DNA of 60,948 nucleotides, taken from assembly GCA_011065065.1 (NCBI GenBank), contig JAAKFL010000001.1, positions 1-60,948 on the forward strand, in the 5' to 3' direction. The notes beneath the pieces are model-generated. The model saw only the letters and a list, made by a program, of their open reading frames with translations. It did no database searches and was not told the DNA's origin. A program made the translations under genes and the position numbers. Positions 37,391 to 47,410 of this stretch are shown in pieces. This DNA comes from Chlamydiota bacterium (GTDB lineage: Bacteria; Chlamydiota; Chlamydiia; Chlamydiales; SLFE01). Each line of letters starts with the position of its first letter. Positions within the stretch are counted from its first letter, which is position 1.

Positions 37391-38113
37391 TTAATGAAAA
37401 ATTGAACTAAAAAAAGAAAGAATAGGATGGTCCATGCTGTAAAGAGCTTTTTTTGCAGATGGATTTCCTAATTCTTTGGCACGTCCATAATATTCACGCG
37501 CTTTCCCACGGTCTTTTGGGACTCCCAGCCCTTTTCGATACAGATCTCCGATTTTTCTTATTCCCGGAGGAGAATTGCTTTTTTCAGTACGTTGATACCA
37601 TTTTAATGCCGAGGCATAATTTCGGGATCGTAATTTGGCATCACCAATACGAATTTTGGCCAGAATGCTCCCTGCATCCGAAGCATTTTTATACCAACAA
37701 ATGGCTTTACAGATGTCAGCTTCCATCTTATGGATGTATAAATTATCTTCTTCCCAAAGAACCCCATCCCGGAATAGGTCTCCCATTTTGATCATACTGG
37801 GGATATGGTTCTTATCGCAGGCTTTTACTAACCAATACATGGATGTTTCAAAGTTTTCTTCATAAACATAACAACTGTGCCAAAACATGGATTCCGCTAC
37901 CCCTAATTCGGCCCCTTTTTTAGCCCACTTTTTCGATTTTTCGGGTTGATTGGTTTCGACATAAATTTGTCGGAGCATCTCTGCTGCTGCTCCATCTCCT
38001 TTCTTTGTCCGCTTTTTGAGTTGATAAATTGTGGGCTCTGCAGTGAGAGTATTGATAGCTTCGGCCTTGTTCCACAAGGGCTTATGTTCATTTGTGTTGT
38101 ACAGGGGATCCAT
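37391..38113 (-). CDS. Sel1-like (SLR/TPR) repeat protein
   Basis: Repeated A..WY.KAA..G...A...LG..Y..G.GV..D...A..WY units. Confidence 0.85.
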   Translation of the reverse strand: MDPLYNTNEHKPLWNKAEAINTLTAEPTIYQLKKRTKKGDGAAAEMLRQIYVETNQPEKSKKWAKKGAELGVAESMFWHSCYVYEENFETSMYWLVKACDKNHIPSMIKMGDLFRDGVLWEEDNLYIHKMEADICKAICWYKNASDAGSILAKIRIGDAKLRSRNYASALKWYQRTEKSNSPPGIRKIGDLYRKGLGVPKDRGKAREYYGRAKELGNPSAKKALYSMDHPILSFFSSIFH

Positions 38114-38153
38114 GGGTGCTCCTTTAAAAAATTAAATTAACATCCAGATATAT

Positions 38154-39491
38154 TTATTTCCAATTCAATCGTTTTCTAGCCAAAGGATGTCCTCTCCTTC
38201 CAGCTTTGAGAAGGAACTTGAACCCTTCATCAAAATCATCTGAAATCAAAAGGTCGCCAAGATGATACATCGCTTCAACGAGTCCTATGTTTGCCGCTTT
38301 TCTGAACCAAAATTCTGCACACTTTTGATTCACTTTTTTTCCAATTCCATCACGATAGCAAATTCCCATCGTATTCATCGCGATGGCATATCCCTTTTCT
38401 GCGGATTGGGAAAAATGTTCCCAGGCTTTTTCAAAATCTTGGGAGAATTCAGTTCCATTTGCGTACATTTTGCCCAGGTTGTAATGCGCTTTCGCACTTC
38501 CTTTTCTCGCAGCCTCTTGGTACCAGACCCGAGCAGAATGATAATCCTTTTCCACCCCTTTTCCCGTGTAGTATAAGGAGGCCAGATCATTCATAGCTTC
38601 GACATTATCTCTTTTAACGGCTTCTATGAAACACTTCAATGCCAGTTCATAATCCCGTGGAAGTCCTTTTCCGTGTAGATACATCCAACCTAAATGGCTC
38701 ATCGCTTTTGGATTTTTCATGGCCGCTGCTTTGATGTAATATTTTACCGCTTTATGATCGTTTTTTTTCATACCTAGTCCATTCTCATGCATAATGCCTA
38801 GTTTATCCAGTGCACCGGTGTTTCCTTTTTTGGCAGCCTCCTTAAAATATATTTTTGCGTTAAGATAACTTTGAGGGAGAAATTTTCCTTTAAAGAACAA
38901 CTTTCCAATCGCATATTTTGATGGAGCATGTCCCAATCTCGCGGCTTCAAGCCATAATTTATAGGCCTTGACTAAAGATTTCTCGACTTTTTTATGTATG
39001 TTTGCTCGTTCGTATAATAATTGACATTTCTGTTTATCTATTTTTAGGGCTGGCGGTTTGATGGCTTTTTGAGGTTCATAAATTGAACGTTCTAAGATCA
39101 TGGATTCGATTTCTGAAATTCCCTGCTCGAGTTTTTCAAAAAAATTGGGAGATTCTAGTTCTTCAATCAGAGCTTCAAGGTTTTTATCGGGCGTTTCAAA
39201 AGGTTCGGGAGGAGGTGGTTCATCTGGATAAATCGAGGTGATTTTTTCAAGGTCTGCAAACTCATCATCGATCGATCGTCTTGTATCAATATCCGCTGGC
39301 GGAGGGGTCTCCATTCGTACATTAGGAAAAATTTTATCAAGATCAGCATCCATAAGATTTACATGCGACCCCATCGTGATAGTTTTGATTGCTGCATGAG
39401 AGACTTTCCTATCTTCGACCAGGCTGGCAGGAAGAAATTTTTTGCAAAACTGGGGAAGGATGTCATTGAAATGTACCTTTCCTGTTTTCAT
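38154..39491 (-). CDS. Sel1-like repeat protein with a Pro/acidic N-terminal region
   Basis: About 7 SLR units (for example AVKYYIKAAAMKNPKAMSHLGWMYLHGKGLPRDYELA). Start placed at the ATG at 39491, preceded by GGAGA; the ORF extends to 39530. Confidence 0.85.
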   Translation of the reverse strand: MKTGKVHFNDILPQFCKKFLPASLVEDRKVSHAAIKTITMGSHVNLMDADLDKIFPNVRMETPPPADIDTRRSIDDEFADLEKITSIYPDEPPPPEPFETPDKNLEALIEELESPNFFEKLEQGISEIESMILERSIYEPQKAIKPPALKIDKQKCQLLYERANIHKKVEKSLVKAYKLWLEAARLGHAPSKYAIGKLFFKGKFLPQSYLNAKIYFKEAAKKGNTGALDKLGIMHENGLGMKKNDHKAVKYYIKAAAMKNPKAMSHLGWMYLHGKGLPRDYELALKCFIEAVKRDNVEAMNDLASLYYTGKGVEKDYHSARVWYQEAARKGSAKAHYNLGKMYANGTEFSQDFEKAWEHFSQSAEKGYAIAMNTMGICYRDGIGKKVNQKCAEFWFRKAANIGLVEAMYHLGDLLISDDFDEGFKFLLKAGRRGHPLARKRLNWK

Positions 39492-39546
39492 GGATATCTC
39501 CATGTTACTGAAACATGTGGGTAATATCAATGAGGAATGAGACTAT

Positions 39547-40527
39547 CTAATGGCTTTGGATGGCCATAAGGAGAGCCTCCTTTTGATCAGATGCCTTTGA
39601 CACGCTGACCAGTTCACAAATTTGTCCAATTTGTTTCTTAAGAGTCCTATAATGAGTGTTCGGTTGAAGAATATGACGGATGACTGTGTGATTTTTTAAA
39701 ATATCATAAACTTTATTAGCATTGGTTTGATAATCTGTCTTGATTGGGACAAAATTGGCCTCTTTTTTTAACACGACGGTCACATTTCCACCATAATCAG
39801 AGTGATCCACAAAGACACACTTCAATCCATTCAATTGTCCAAAAAAAGCGAGTGTTTCGGCATTAAAATGATAGAGATGTGCAAAGTGATAACAATTTCC
39901 TGGATAGTGACAGATGGCTTCAATATTGGGAACCTCAATAATCAAATGCCCACCTTCTTTTAAATGCTGAGCTAAAAGCCCCACTCTTGATTTGGGGTCT
40001 TGTAAATGCTCTAGCACATGAAACATCGTGATCACATCAAATGATTTCTCGACAGGAAGCTGATCCGAAATAAAGCCATTTTGAATGGGAAGTCCTAAAT
40101 CTTTTTGGGCATACTGAGCATATCCCTCGTTGGGCTCAATTCCCATCACGGACAATCCCTGTTGCTGCATCAAAAAGACAAACTCTCCTCCTCCCGAACC
40201 CAAGTCAAGCAACTCAGATCCCTCAGTCAGATACTCCGATAATTGATGCAAACGGTGCATGGCGACACGGCCAGCACGATAGGTATGTTTCTTTTTTGGC
40301 TTAAAAGTCCCTTTGTACTGCTTTCGATAATCTTTCTCATAAAATCTTTGGATCATTTCGCTATCCGGCTGGGGATCTGTCCACGCGAGACCACAAGTTT
40401 GACATAAAACGGTTCTCAACGGCTGATTGTGGCGGTCACATTCTCCAATAATCCACGTCTCGGTTCCACCGCAAAGATTGCAGGGAGTCTTAGATTGATT
40501 TGATGAAAATAAAGTCGTCAAAAGCAT
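39547..40527 (-). CDS. class I SAM-dependent methyltransferase with an N-terminal Cys4 zinc ribbon
   Basis: CNLCGG...CQTCG ribbon, SAM motif I LLDLGSGGGEF, and the post-I/II spacing typical of Methyltransf_11/23-type domains. Confidence 0.8.
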   Translation of the reverse strand: MLLTTLFSSNQSKTPCNLCGGTETWIIGECDRHNQPLRTVLCQTCGLAWTDPQPDSEMIQRFYEKDYRKQYKGTFKPKKKHTYRAGRVAMHRLHQLSEYLTEGSELLDLGSGGGEFVFLMQQQGLSVMGIEPNEGYAQYAQKDLGLPIQNGFISDQLPVEKSFDVITMFHVLEHLQDPKSRVGLLAQHLKEGGHLIIEVPNIEAICHYPGNCYHFAHLYHFNAETLAFFGQLNGLKCVFVDHSDYGGNVTVVLKKEANFVPIKTDYQTNANKVYDILKNHTVIRHILQPNTHYRTLKKQIGQICELVSVSKASDQKEALLMAIQSH

Positions 40528-40734
40528 TCCTTTTTGTCAATTATAGTGAATTTTGTGACTTGGGATCAAGGGTTAAAACGCCTATATTTTAAAGAAAAAA
40601 TTTGATATAATGTTTATAGAGAGAAGCTTAGTCATTGAATTTGCTTAAAACTTTAAAATTTTCTTTAATTGTTAGGCTTTTTTTGCCATTTTTGAATATA
40701 TATACATAATGTTTTATATCAATTTCAGGGGAAG

Positions 40735-42753
40735 ATGGCAGGAATGACAAGTTCTATTGGGAAAAGGCCCTTTATTCAGGAGATAAAATATCAGCTGAGT
40801 AGGGTTCATGACTGTGTTCTCCGTGGTTCCAATTCCCGGTTGTGGAGGGTGCAAAGAGAAGAAGATATTATGGAAACCATAACCCATAACAAGATCAAGA
40901 AGTTAATCAAGAAATTTGACCAGTTTGAAGAGCAACCTGGTGACTTTGAGGTGGTTGATGATATTCTGGCTCGGGCTGATCAATGTTTAAGGGAGGGTAA
41001 AAAATACAAATCCAAGCAGATGACGGCTGCCTGTCATAAGCTTGAGGGTCGCAAAGTGTCTTTGATTTATCGAACTGAGAGAGACGAAGACCTCTCAGTC
41101 CCCCACACTCAGGATTATTTAAAGCATGAATTGAATCAAAAAATGGTCGACTGGATCTATGTTTATCCTGGGTTTAATCCAGACTCGCATGATCGAGATC
41201 CAGAAAGAAAGATCATTGAAGTGTGTGAAAGGTATCCCGCTTACGCCAATTTGTTATTAAAAGATGAGAAGTTGCTAATTGAATTTTTTAAATGGGCGAT
41301 TCGCGACAACAATCAAGTCGCTCCTATGGTGATGTTTGCCTCTCTGCAAGAACTTTTGAAGAGATGCAATATTTCTCAAAGAACGGGATATAATGCAGGT
41401 GAAGATCTCAGGATTAAAACCGATTATGATAGAGAAGGACATATCCTCAGATCTTTGTGGTTGCCCATTGAAGCAACACCTCAGAATATTGCAGAAAGAG
41501 ACAAAAAGGTGACCCTTAAAGATGGTTCTGAGAGGACGATCGAGGAGATCCTGGAATTATTTAAAAATAAAGTTCACACACCCGGTGATTTGGAATTTTT
41601 TCCTCGAGTCGGCATCACTTACTGGCCTTCTTATGAACCTTGGAAAGTGATGAATGTTGCCAGTCCCACTTTTTGGCATGAGGGTCCGCAATTGAGAATT
41701 CTGGATGTTGAAGAAGCTCAGAATATTTATGGGAAAACTGTCCCAGGTCTTAAGATCATTGAACCCATGGTGCCTCTCGATAGTCTTATTGAACATGAGG
41801 AGGATGGAACCTATTGGATGGAGCATGATCGATTCCTTTTTAATGAAGTAGAACCGATTGAGTGGCATGGCAGTTTGGTGAAAGTGAGGATGAGGGAAAG
41901 AATTCCTGTTGACGGCAAGAATTTCATTCAAGTTGTGAGGGCCACGAAAGAAAAAGATATGAGTTTTCTTCGTACCCATTCTTTTGGTGACATCTTAATT
42001 CCCTTGGAATCGGGACGTTATTATCTTTTTAATATGGGAAAGTATCCAAAATTTTATCCCGAGACAACATATCGCTTGCTCAGCAGTTTTGTGAAAGTTG
42101 TTTTGGCCGTTTTGCAAATTGTGGATGACAATGTGTTCTTCAATCACCGCAATCACACACGGGAATGCATTGGGTTGAAGCCGGAAGAGGGGAGAGTGCT
42201 TTTAGAAATCGTGCGGTTCTTGTTAATTCTTGCACGGGATGACAAGCTTGGTTTCGAGTTCCAGACCGAAGGGTGTGCCAAGATGTTGCAGGTGGACATT
42301 GTGAAAACACTGATTTATATCACGACTACTTTTGAAGAAATTTCCGATGAAGAAATAAAAAAGAAAATTACCGAACTTCTCTACACTCCTGAGATGGATC
42401 AATATGACCTTGATCATGTTCCTAACTTTTTTAGGACAACTCTTGACAAAGTGAATCCCGAAGGGGCTTTGGGTATTGTTTTTACATTGATCAAAAAATG
42501 TTTTTATTGGATGCAACCTTATCTTGTCTCCTTGACTTACTTGATAATAGGTGTGTGGAGAGGAATGACATTTCAGATTGGAGGACGTGCCGTGAAGCTT
42601 TCTCATATGCGGTCGTCGTGCTGGCATGACGGTTCGTCTTATAAACACAGCCTTTATCACCCTGGATATATGCATCAGCAGCAGGAAGATAAAGGCATTA
42701 CTTTACTCAGACGAAAACTCGACCTGATTAAATTGCCGTTCTATAAGGATTAA
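40735..42753 (+). CDS. large lineage-specific protein, paralog A (conserved His415/Asp464/Cys514; C-terminal hydrophobic segment)
   Basis: 672 aa. Shares VCERYP...L..F..W.IRD and an ungapped 100-aa H...D.NV...R...C block with the downstream gene. Confidence 0.8.
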   Translation: MAGMTSSIGKRPFIQEIKYQLSRVHDCVLRGSNSRLWRVQREEDIMETITHNKIKKLIKKFDQFEEQPGDFEVVDDILARADQCLREGKKYKSKQMTAACHKLEGRKVSLIYRTERDEDLSVPHTQDYLKHELNQKMVDWIYVYPGFNPDSHDRDPERKIIEVCERYPAYANLLLKDEKLLIEFFKWAIRDNNQVAPMVMFASLQELLKRCNISQRTGYNAGEDLRIKTDYDREGHILRSLWLPIEATPQNIAERDKKVTLKDGSERTIEEILELFKNKVHTPGDLEFFPRVGITYWPSYEPWKVMNVASPTFWHEGPQLRILDVEEAQNIYGKTVPGLKIIEPMVPLDSLIEHEEDGTYWMEHDRFLFNEVEPIEWHGSLVKVRMRERIPVDGKNFIQVVRATKEKDMSFLRTHSFGDILIPLESGRYYLFNMGKYPKFYPETTYRLLSSFVKVVLAVLQIVDDNVFFNHRNHTRECIGLKPEEGRVLLEIVRFLLILARDDKLGFEFQTEGCAKMLQVDIVKTLIYITTTFEEISDEEIKKKITELLYTPEMDQYDLDHVPNFFRTTLDKVNPEGALGIVFTLIKKCFYWMQPYLVSLTYLIIGVWRGMTFQIGGRAVKLSHMRSSCWHDGSSYKHSLYHPGYMHQQQEDKGITLLRRKLDLIKLPFYKD

Positions 42754-42756
42754 TCT

Positions 42757-44544
42757 ATGCCTATGACATTCGATGGTCATTTGTCCCAAGTGACCGATTT
42801 ATTATCTGACAACCAACCCGTAGCAGGTCTTCCATCGGGACAATGGAAAAAAAACGGATGGATTCATGCAAAATTACAAAATTTATTTAATGTTGATGAC
42901 ACACGAATCTTCAGTTTGGGGAAAGCCTTTTGTAATGCACTTGATGATTTAGAAAAATCTTATCGCTTAGCGGAAGATCCCGAGTGGTTTTCATTAGGTG
43001 AAATCATTGTCTTAAAACTTAAAATCCAAGACTGCCTATCTGCCAGAAAGGTTGAGTTTTTGGTTCTGCAAAGGTTGATTGGCTTAAAGCGTCGGGAGAA
43101 TTTTTCTGCAGCAAAAATTCTTACCACTCTAGAGACTTATACTTTTCAAGAGGGAGCCATTAGATGGAAAAGGTCGCAAAAACATTTTTATATCACAAAA
43201 TGGTTGGATGATGATCAAGAGAGGGTTGATGATGTGTGTGAGCGTTATCCCGATTTTGTTCGTCTGTTATGTCGAGATCCCAACTTGTTTTCTCAGTTTT
43301 TAGATTGGACGATTCGCGATCATATGAGTGTGAGCAGTTTTGTTGAGTTCCCAAAAACACAAGAACTTTTGAGAAAAATTGAGTTAGCCCCTTCTGCTAG
43401 TATTGCCCGAAAACCCAAATTGAAGATCAAGACAAAACATGGGGTTAAATATCTCACTTTTCCACTCTATGCCAATCATCATGGAACCATAAGATCAAAA
43501 TCTGTGAGGTTATGGGAAAAGGATAGAGAATACGAATTAGCTGGAGGATATCGCACCACTTTACGTGAGATTTATCATGAGCTTTCGCGTAAAAACAAAC
43601 ATTGGGTGAACTATGTTATTACAGAAAACGGATTTGAGAATTGGAATGTACGCGAGTGGGGGACTCTTGATTCCGATGGAAAAAGTGTCCGTTCGGCTTT
43701 ACCAAGAGATCGCTGGTTCCACAACGTCCCCATTCTCGAGCGATTGAGCCTCGAAAAAGCGCAAAACCGATACGGACAAGACTTGGATGGTACCAACTAC
43801 GGAATAGCTTTGCGGGCAACTCGTCGTCGACAAGACCTCGATGTCATTGGATCTCATTCTTTTTTTGAGCTGTGCATTCCAGATAAAAAGGGAGGATATT
43901 TCACGATTTGTCCGGGTAAACTCACTTTATATCTTCCTCAATCTGTTTGGGATCTTGTCAAAATCTTTGGAAATACAGTTGAGGGAGTCATCGTGAGTCA
44001 CGATTCCAACGTTGTGTATCCATGGAGACAACAAACACGTTATTCTGTGACTGTTGAGACCAATGAGTTTCTTTGGTTTGCAGAGAAAATGAGGGTGTCT
44101 ATTGAAAATGGTCGCACTGGAAATTTAGTCTTCTCGCTCCTTGCTGATAGTTGTTCTGTCTGGTCCCAAAACCTGATGAATGAACTGCTCAAGCACTTGC
44201 CAGACGATCACCCTCAAAAATTGACGGCTGAAGAAGAGTTGAATTTCTTTATCATGAAAATTAAGGAGACAGAGCCCAATGGGCCGTTAAGTTATTTGAT
44301 CGGAATCATTAAGTTTTTTCCCGAGTTTTTACAACCTATCGTCACATATATTATCTTACTCGCTTTTTATCCATTCCGAGGGAAATGGGTGTACGAAGAA
44401 GATGGGACACCACGTTGGGTTTCAGCTTATCGAAGTCAATCGTGGAATCACTTGCAGATTCATAATCCAGCGAACTTGTTTCACCAACAGATCAATGAGG
44501 GAAGATTTTTGCCGAGTGGTCTTCTTCCCGAATGGCTTCAGTAA
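42757..44544 (+). CDS. large lineage-specific protein, paralog B (conserved His367/Asp416/Cys466; C-terminal hydrophobic segment)
   Basis: 595 aa. Starts 3 nt after the stop of paralog A and carries the same conserved blocks. Confidence 0.8.
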   Translation: MPMTFDGHLSQVTDLLSDNQPVAGLPSGQWKKNGWIHAKLQNLFNVDDTRIFSLGKAFCNALDDLEKSYRLAEDPEWFSLGEIIVLKLKIQDCLSARKVEFLVLQRLIGLKRRENFSAAKILTTLETYTFQEGAIRWKRSQKHFYITKWLDDDQERVDDVCERYPDFVRLLCRDPNLFSQFLDWTIRDHMSVSSFVEFPKTQELLRKIELAPSASIARKPKLKIKTKHGVKYLTFPLYANHHGTIRSKSVRLWEKDREYELAGGYRTTLREIYHELSRKNKHWVNYVITENGFENWNVREWGTLDSDGKSVRSALPRDRWFHNVPILERLSLEKAQNRYGQDLDGTNYGIALRATRRRQDLDVIGSHSFFELCIPDKKGGYFTICPGKLTLYLPQSVWDLVKIFGNTVEGVIVSHDSNVVYPWRQQTRYSVTVETNEFLWFAEKMRVSIENGRTGNLVFSLLADSCSVWSQNLMNELLKHLPDDHPQKLTAEEELNFFIMKIKETEPNGPLSYLIGIIKFFPEFLQPIVTYIILLAFYPFRGKWVYEEDGTPRWVSAYRSQSWNHLQIHNPANLFHQQINEGRFLPSGLLPEWLQ

Positions 44545-44566
44545 TTAGTGGCCCGTGCGTTTTTTG

Positions 44567-44793
44567 GCCGCAGATGAACGCTGATGATCGCGGATGGAAT
44601 TTTAACGCAAAGATGCAAAGTCGCAAGTCACTTATTATAAACCATTTAAAAAAAACATCCTGTCCATCCTTACTATCCTTTTATCCTGTTACCCTGTGCT
44701 AAAAAAACAGGATAAAAGGATAGTAAGGATGGACAGGATGTGGTTATTTCCCGATAGGGGTCCTGAAAGGACTGGCTCGCTTTGCGTTAAAAA
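44567..44793. repeat. composite repeat: GCAGAT module + TTTTAAC-GCAAAG module + nested ATCCTG hairpin + reverse GCAAAG terminus
   Basis: The ATCCTG arms at 44656-44690 and 44706-44740 are near-perfect reverse complements. The outer pair is ttttaacgcaaag (44600) and ctttgcgttaaaa (44780). Confidence 0.75.
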
Positions 44794-47355
44794 TTACGAA
44801 AGGTGCCCCTGAATGAAACCCATGATCTTCATCATGTGCACCTGGTCCGTTGAACCGAACACCTTTCCAAGCTTCTCATCTGGATTGATATTCCGCTTAT
44901 CCTTCGGATCCTGAAGATCGTTCGCTTTGATATACTCCCACACCTTCTTTAACACATCACCACGCGGCATTTCGTCAGCACCTGTAATGGCGGCTAGCTC
45001 TGCCGATAGCTTAAGGGGTTTGGTGGTTACAGCAGTATTTTTTCGTGTTTTCTTAGTTTTTGTTTTCGCCTTAGCCTTCGCTTTTCCTTTGGCTTTTTTC
45101 GCTTTTTTCTTGTAGGGGGTGCGAGGATAATTGGGATATTTTTCTTTGAGTTTATCCAAATCGTTGACAATGACATCACACTCGGGATAGGTCGAGCACG
45201 AATAAAATACTTTTCCAAATCGCGAACGACGCGCTGTAATTTTTCCTGGACAATCAATCGCAGGACATTCTGGCATATCGGCCTCAGGAATCGCTAACTC
45301 TCCTTTCTTAGGAATCTGGATGATTCCTCGACAATCAGGATAGCGTGAACACCCTAAAAAAGTGCCGTACCTTCCGTGACGAATCTTCATCTCCGATTGA
45401 CACTTAGGACAGGGTTGATCCCAGTCAAAATCCTCAGCATAATCTTCTTTGGAGAAGTCCATTTGCTCAATGGGAGCACTAAATGTACACTCGGGATAAT
45501 TGGAACAGCCGAAAAAATACTTCGATTTGAACCACACCTTTTGCAACTTGCCGCCACAATCAGGACAATCTTTATCAGTCAGGATTTTGGGAATAAAGGC
45601 CGACTTTTCCGCTTCTTCAAGTGTTGGAATAAAGTCATCCCAAAACTCACGAATGAGCGATTTCCAGTCTTTCTTGTCCGCAGCAATGAGTTCGAGTGTA
45701 TCTTCCAAATTTGCCGTGAAGCCTACATCCATAATTTTGGTAAAGTTAGCCTCCAATAAATCAGCAATCACACATCCTAGCTCAGTCGGCTTGAGGCGAT
45801 TTCCCTCTTTTACTGTGTATTCACGATTTTGAATTTTGTTCATGATCGAGGCGTAAGTTGAAGGACGCCCAATTCCCGATTTCTCCAGCTCCTTCACCAA
45901 CGAAGCTTCAGTAAATCGTGGCGGAGGACGGGTAAAAGATTGTTCAGATGTGAGTTCCTGAAGTGACAATGATTGACCTTCCTGGAGGTCAGGAAGCTTC
46001 CGGTCAAGCTCTTCTTCATCATCATCATCATCATCCATCATCTCATGATAGGCGGCCAACCACCCAGAAAACTTCAACACTGAACCTGTAGCTCGTAACA
46101 TAATATTGTCACCCGCTTGAATGTCTGCAGACAGAGTGTCATAAATGGCCGATTTCATCTGTGAGGCAATAAATCTTTGCCAGATCAACAAATAGATGTT
46201 GAATTGGTCGTTGCTCAAATAAGGGCGGACAGTGTCAGGGTGGTTATGAAGATTTGTCGGCCGTATCGCTTCGTGAGCATCCTGTGAATTCTTCTTAGAT
46301 GAATACATTCTTGGCTTTTGTGGGACATACTCGTTACCAAAACGATCAGCGATGTATTTACGGGCTTCATCAATAGCATTTGGTTCCACACGAACAGAGT
46401 CTGTACGCATGTAGGTAATGAGACCCTCTGTTCCCGCGTTCCCTAATTCGAGACCTTCATAAAGCTGCTGTGCGATGCTCATTGTTCGGGAAGTGGAGTA
46501 GCCGTGGTGGCGGCTAGCCTCTTGTTGTAAAGTTGAGGTGATAAACGGAGGAACCGGATTTCTTTTCTTTTCTTTCCGTTCTACCTTAGTCACCGAATAA
46601 GGAACATCTTTCATCATAGAAAGAATTTTTTGCGCCTCTTCTTCATTTCCAATGAGAGTGACCTCTTTCCCTTCAATAGGTTCTTTTTCCACTTTCTTCC
46701 CATCGACAGAATAAAGCGATGCTTTAAAAGACTTTGCATCATCCAACAGTAAAAGAAGAGCCCCTAAATTCCAATACTCGACAGGATTGAACGCTTCGAT
46801 CTCTCTTTCCCTTTGCACCACTAACTTTAACGCAACTGACTGCACTCTTCCAGCAGATACCCACTTCGATTTTCCTCTTTGAATCCTGCGGTTTAATAAC
46901 GGAGAAATCTTATATCCCACGATCCGGTCCAGTAACCGTCTCGCTTGTTGCGCATCCACAAGCGGCTGATTGATCTCCCGGGGGTTTTCTAATGCTCTTG
47001 AGACTTCTTCTTTCGTGATCGCATTGAATGAAATCCGCTTACATTTTGTGGATTCAGGGAGAATCTGTTTAATATGCCAGGCAATGGCTTCTCCTTCACG
47101 GTCAGGGTCAGGGGAAAGGTAGACGACATCAGCCTCTTTGGCAGCTTTCTTCAAGCGGTCGATGACTGCCTTCTTATCCGCCATAATTTGGTAGATCGGC
47201 TCGAAATCATTATCAGTATCAATACCAAAATCTTTTTGCGGCAGATCGCGGATATGTCCAACCGAGGATTCAAAAGCATATTTTGAACCTAGGAATTTTT
47301 TTAATGTTTTTATCTTTGCGGGCGACTCCACAATGATCAGCGGCTTCTTGGCCAT
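44794..47355 (-). CDS. topA: DNA topoisomerase I with a C-terminal SWIB domain
   Basis: Toprim N-terminus LIIVESPAKIKT, three Cys4 zinc ribbons, a Lys-rich linker KKAKKAKGKAKAKAKTKTKK, and a C-terminal SWIB-like segment LSAELAAITG...VLKKVWEYIKANDLQDP. Confidence 0.95.
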   Translation of the reverse strand: MAKKPLIIVESPAKIKTLKKFLGSKYAFESSVGHIRDLPQKDFGIDTDNDFEPIYQIMADKKAVIDRLKKAAKEADVVYLSPDPDREGEAIAWHIKQILPESTKCKRISFNAITKEEVSRALENPREINQPLVDAQQARRLLDRIVGYKISPLLNRRIQRGKSKWVSAGRVQSVALKLVVQREREIEAFNPVEYWNLGALLLLLDDAKSFKASLYSVDGKKVEKEPIEGKEVTLIGNEEEAQKILSMMKDVPYSVTKVERKEKKRNPVPPFITSTLQQEASRHHGYSTSRTMSIAQQLYEGLELGNAGTEGLITYMRTDSVRVEPNAIDEARKYIADRFGNEYVPQKPRMYSSKKNSQDAHEAIRPTNLHNHPDTVRPYLSNDQFNIYLLIWQRFIASQMKSAIYDTLSADIQAGDNIMLRATGSVLKFSGWLAAYHEMMDDDDDDEEELDRKLPDLQEGQSLSLQELTSEQSFTRPPPRFTEASLVKELEKSGIGRPSTYASIMNKIQNREYTVKEGNRLKPTELGCVIADLLEANFTKIMDVGFTANLEDTLELIAADKKDWKSLIREFWDDFIPTLEEAEKSAFIPKILTDKDCPDCGGKLQKVWFKSKYFFGCSNYPECTFSAPIEQMDFSKEDYAEDFDWDQPCPKCQSEMKIRHGRYGTFLGCSRYPDCRGIIQIPKKGELAIPEADMPECPAIDCPGKITARRSRFGKVFYSCSTYPECDVIVNDLDKLKEKYPNYPRTPYKKKAKKAKGKAKAKAKTKTKKTRKNTAVTTKPLKLSAELAAITGADEMPRGDVLKKVWEYIKANDLQDPKDKRNINPDEKLGKVFGSTDQVHMMKIMGFIQGHLS

Positions 47356-47410
47356 ATGGTTTCTGTCTCCTTGAGAGTTAAGAAAAGTCTTTATCTTAAC
47401 TTATTTATAA

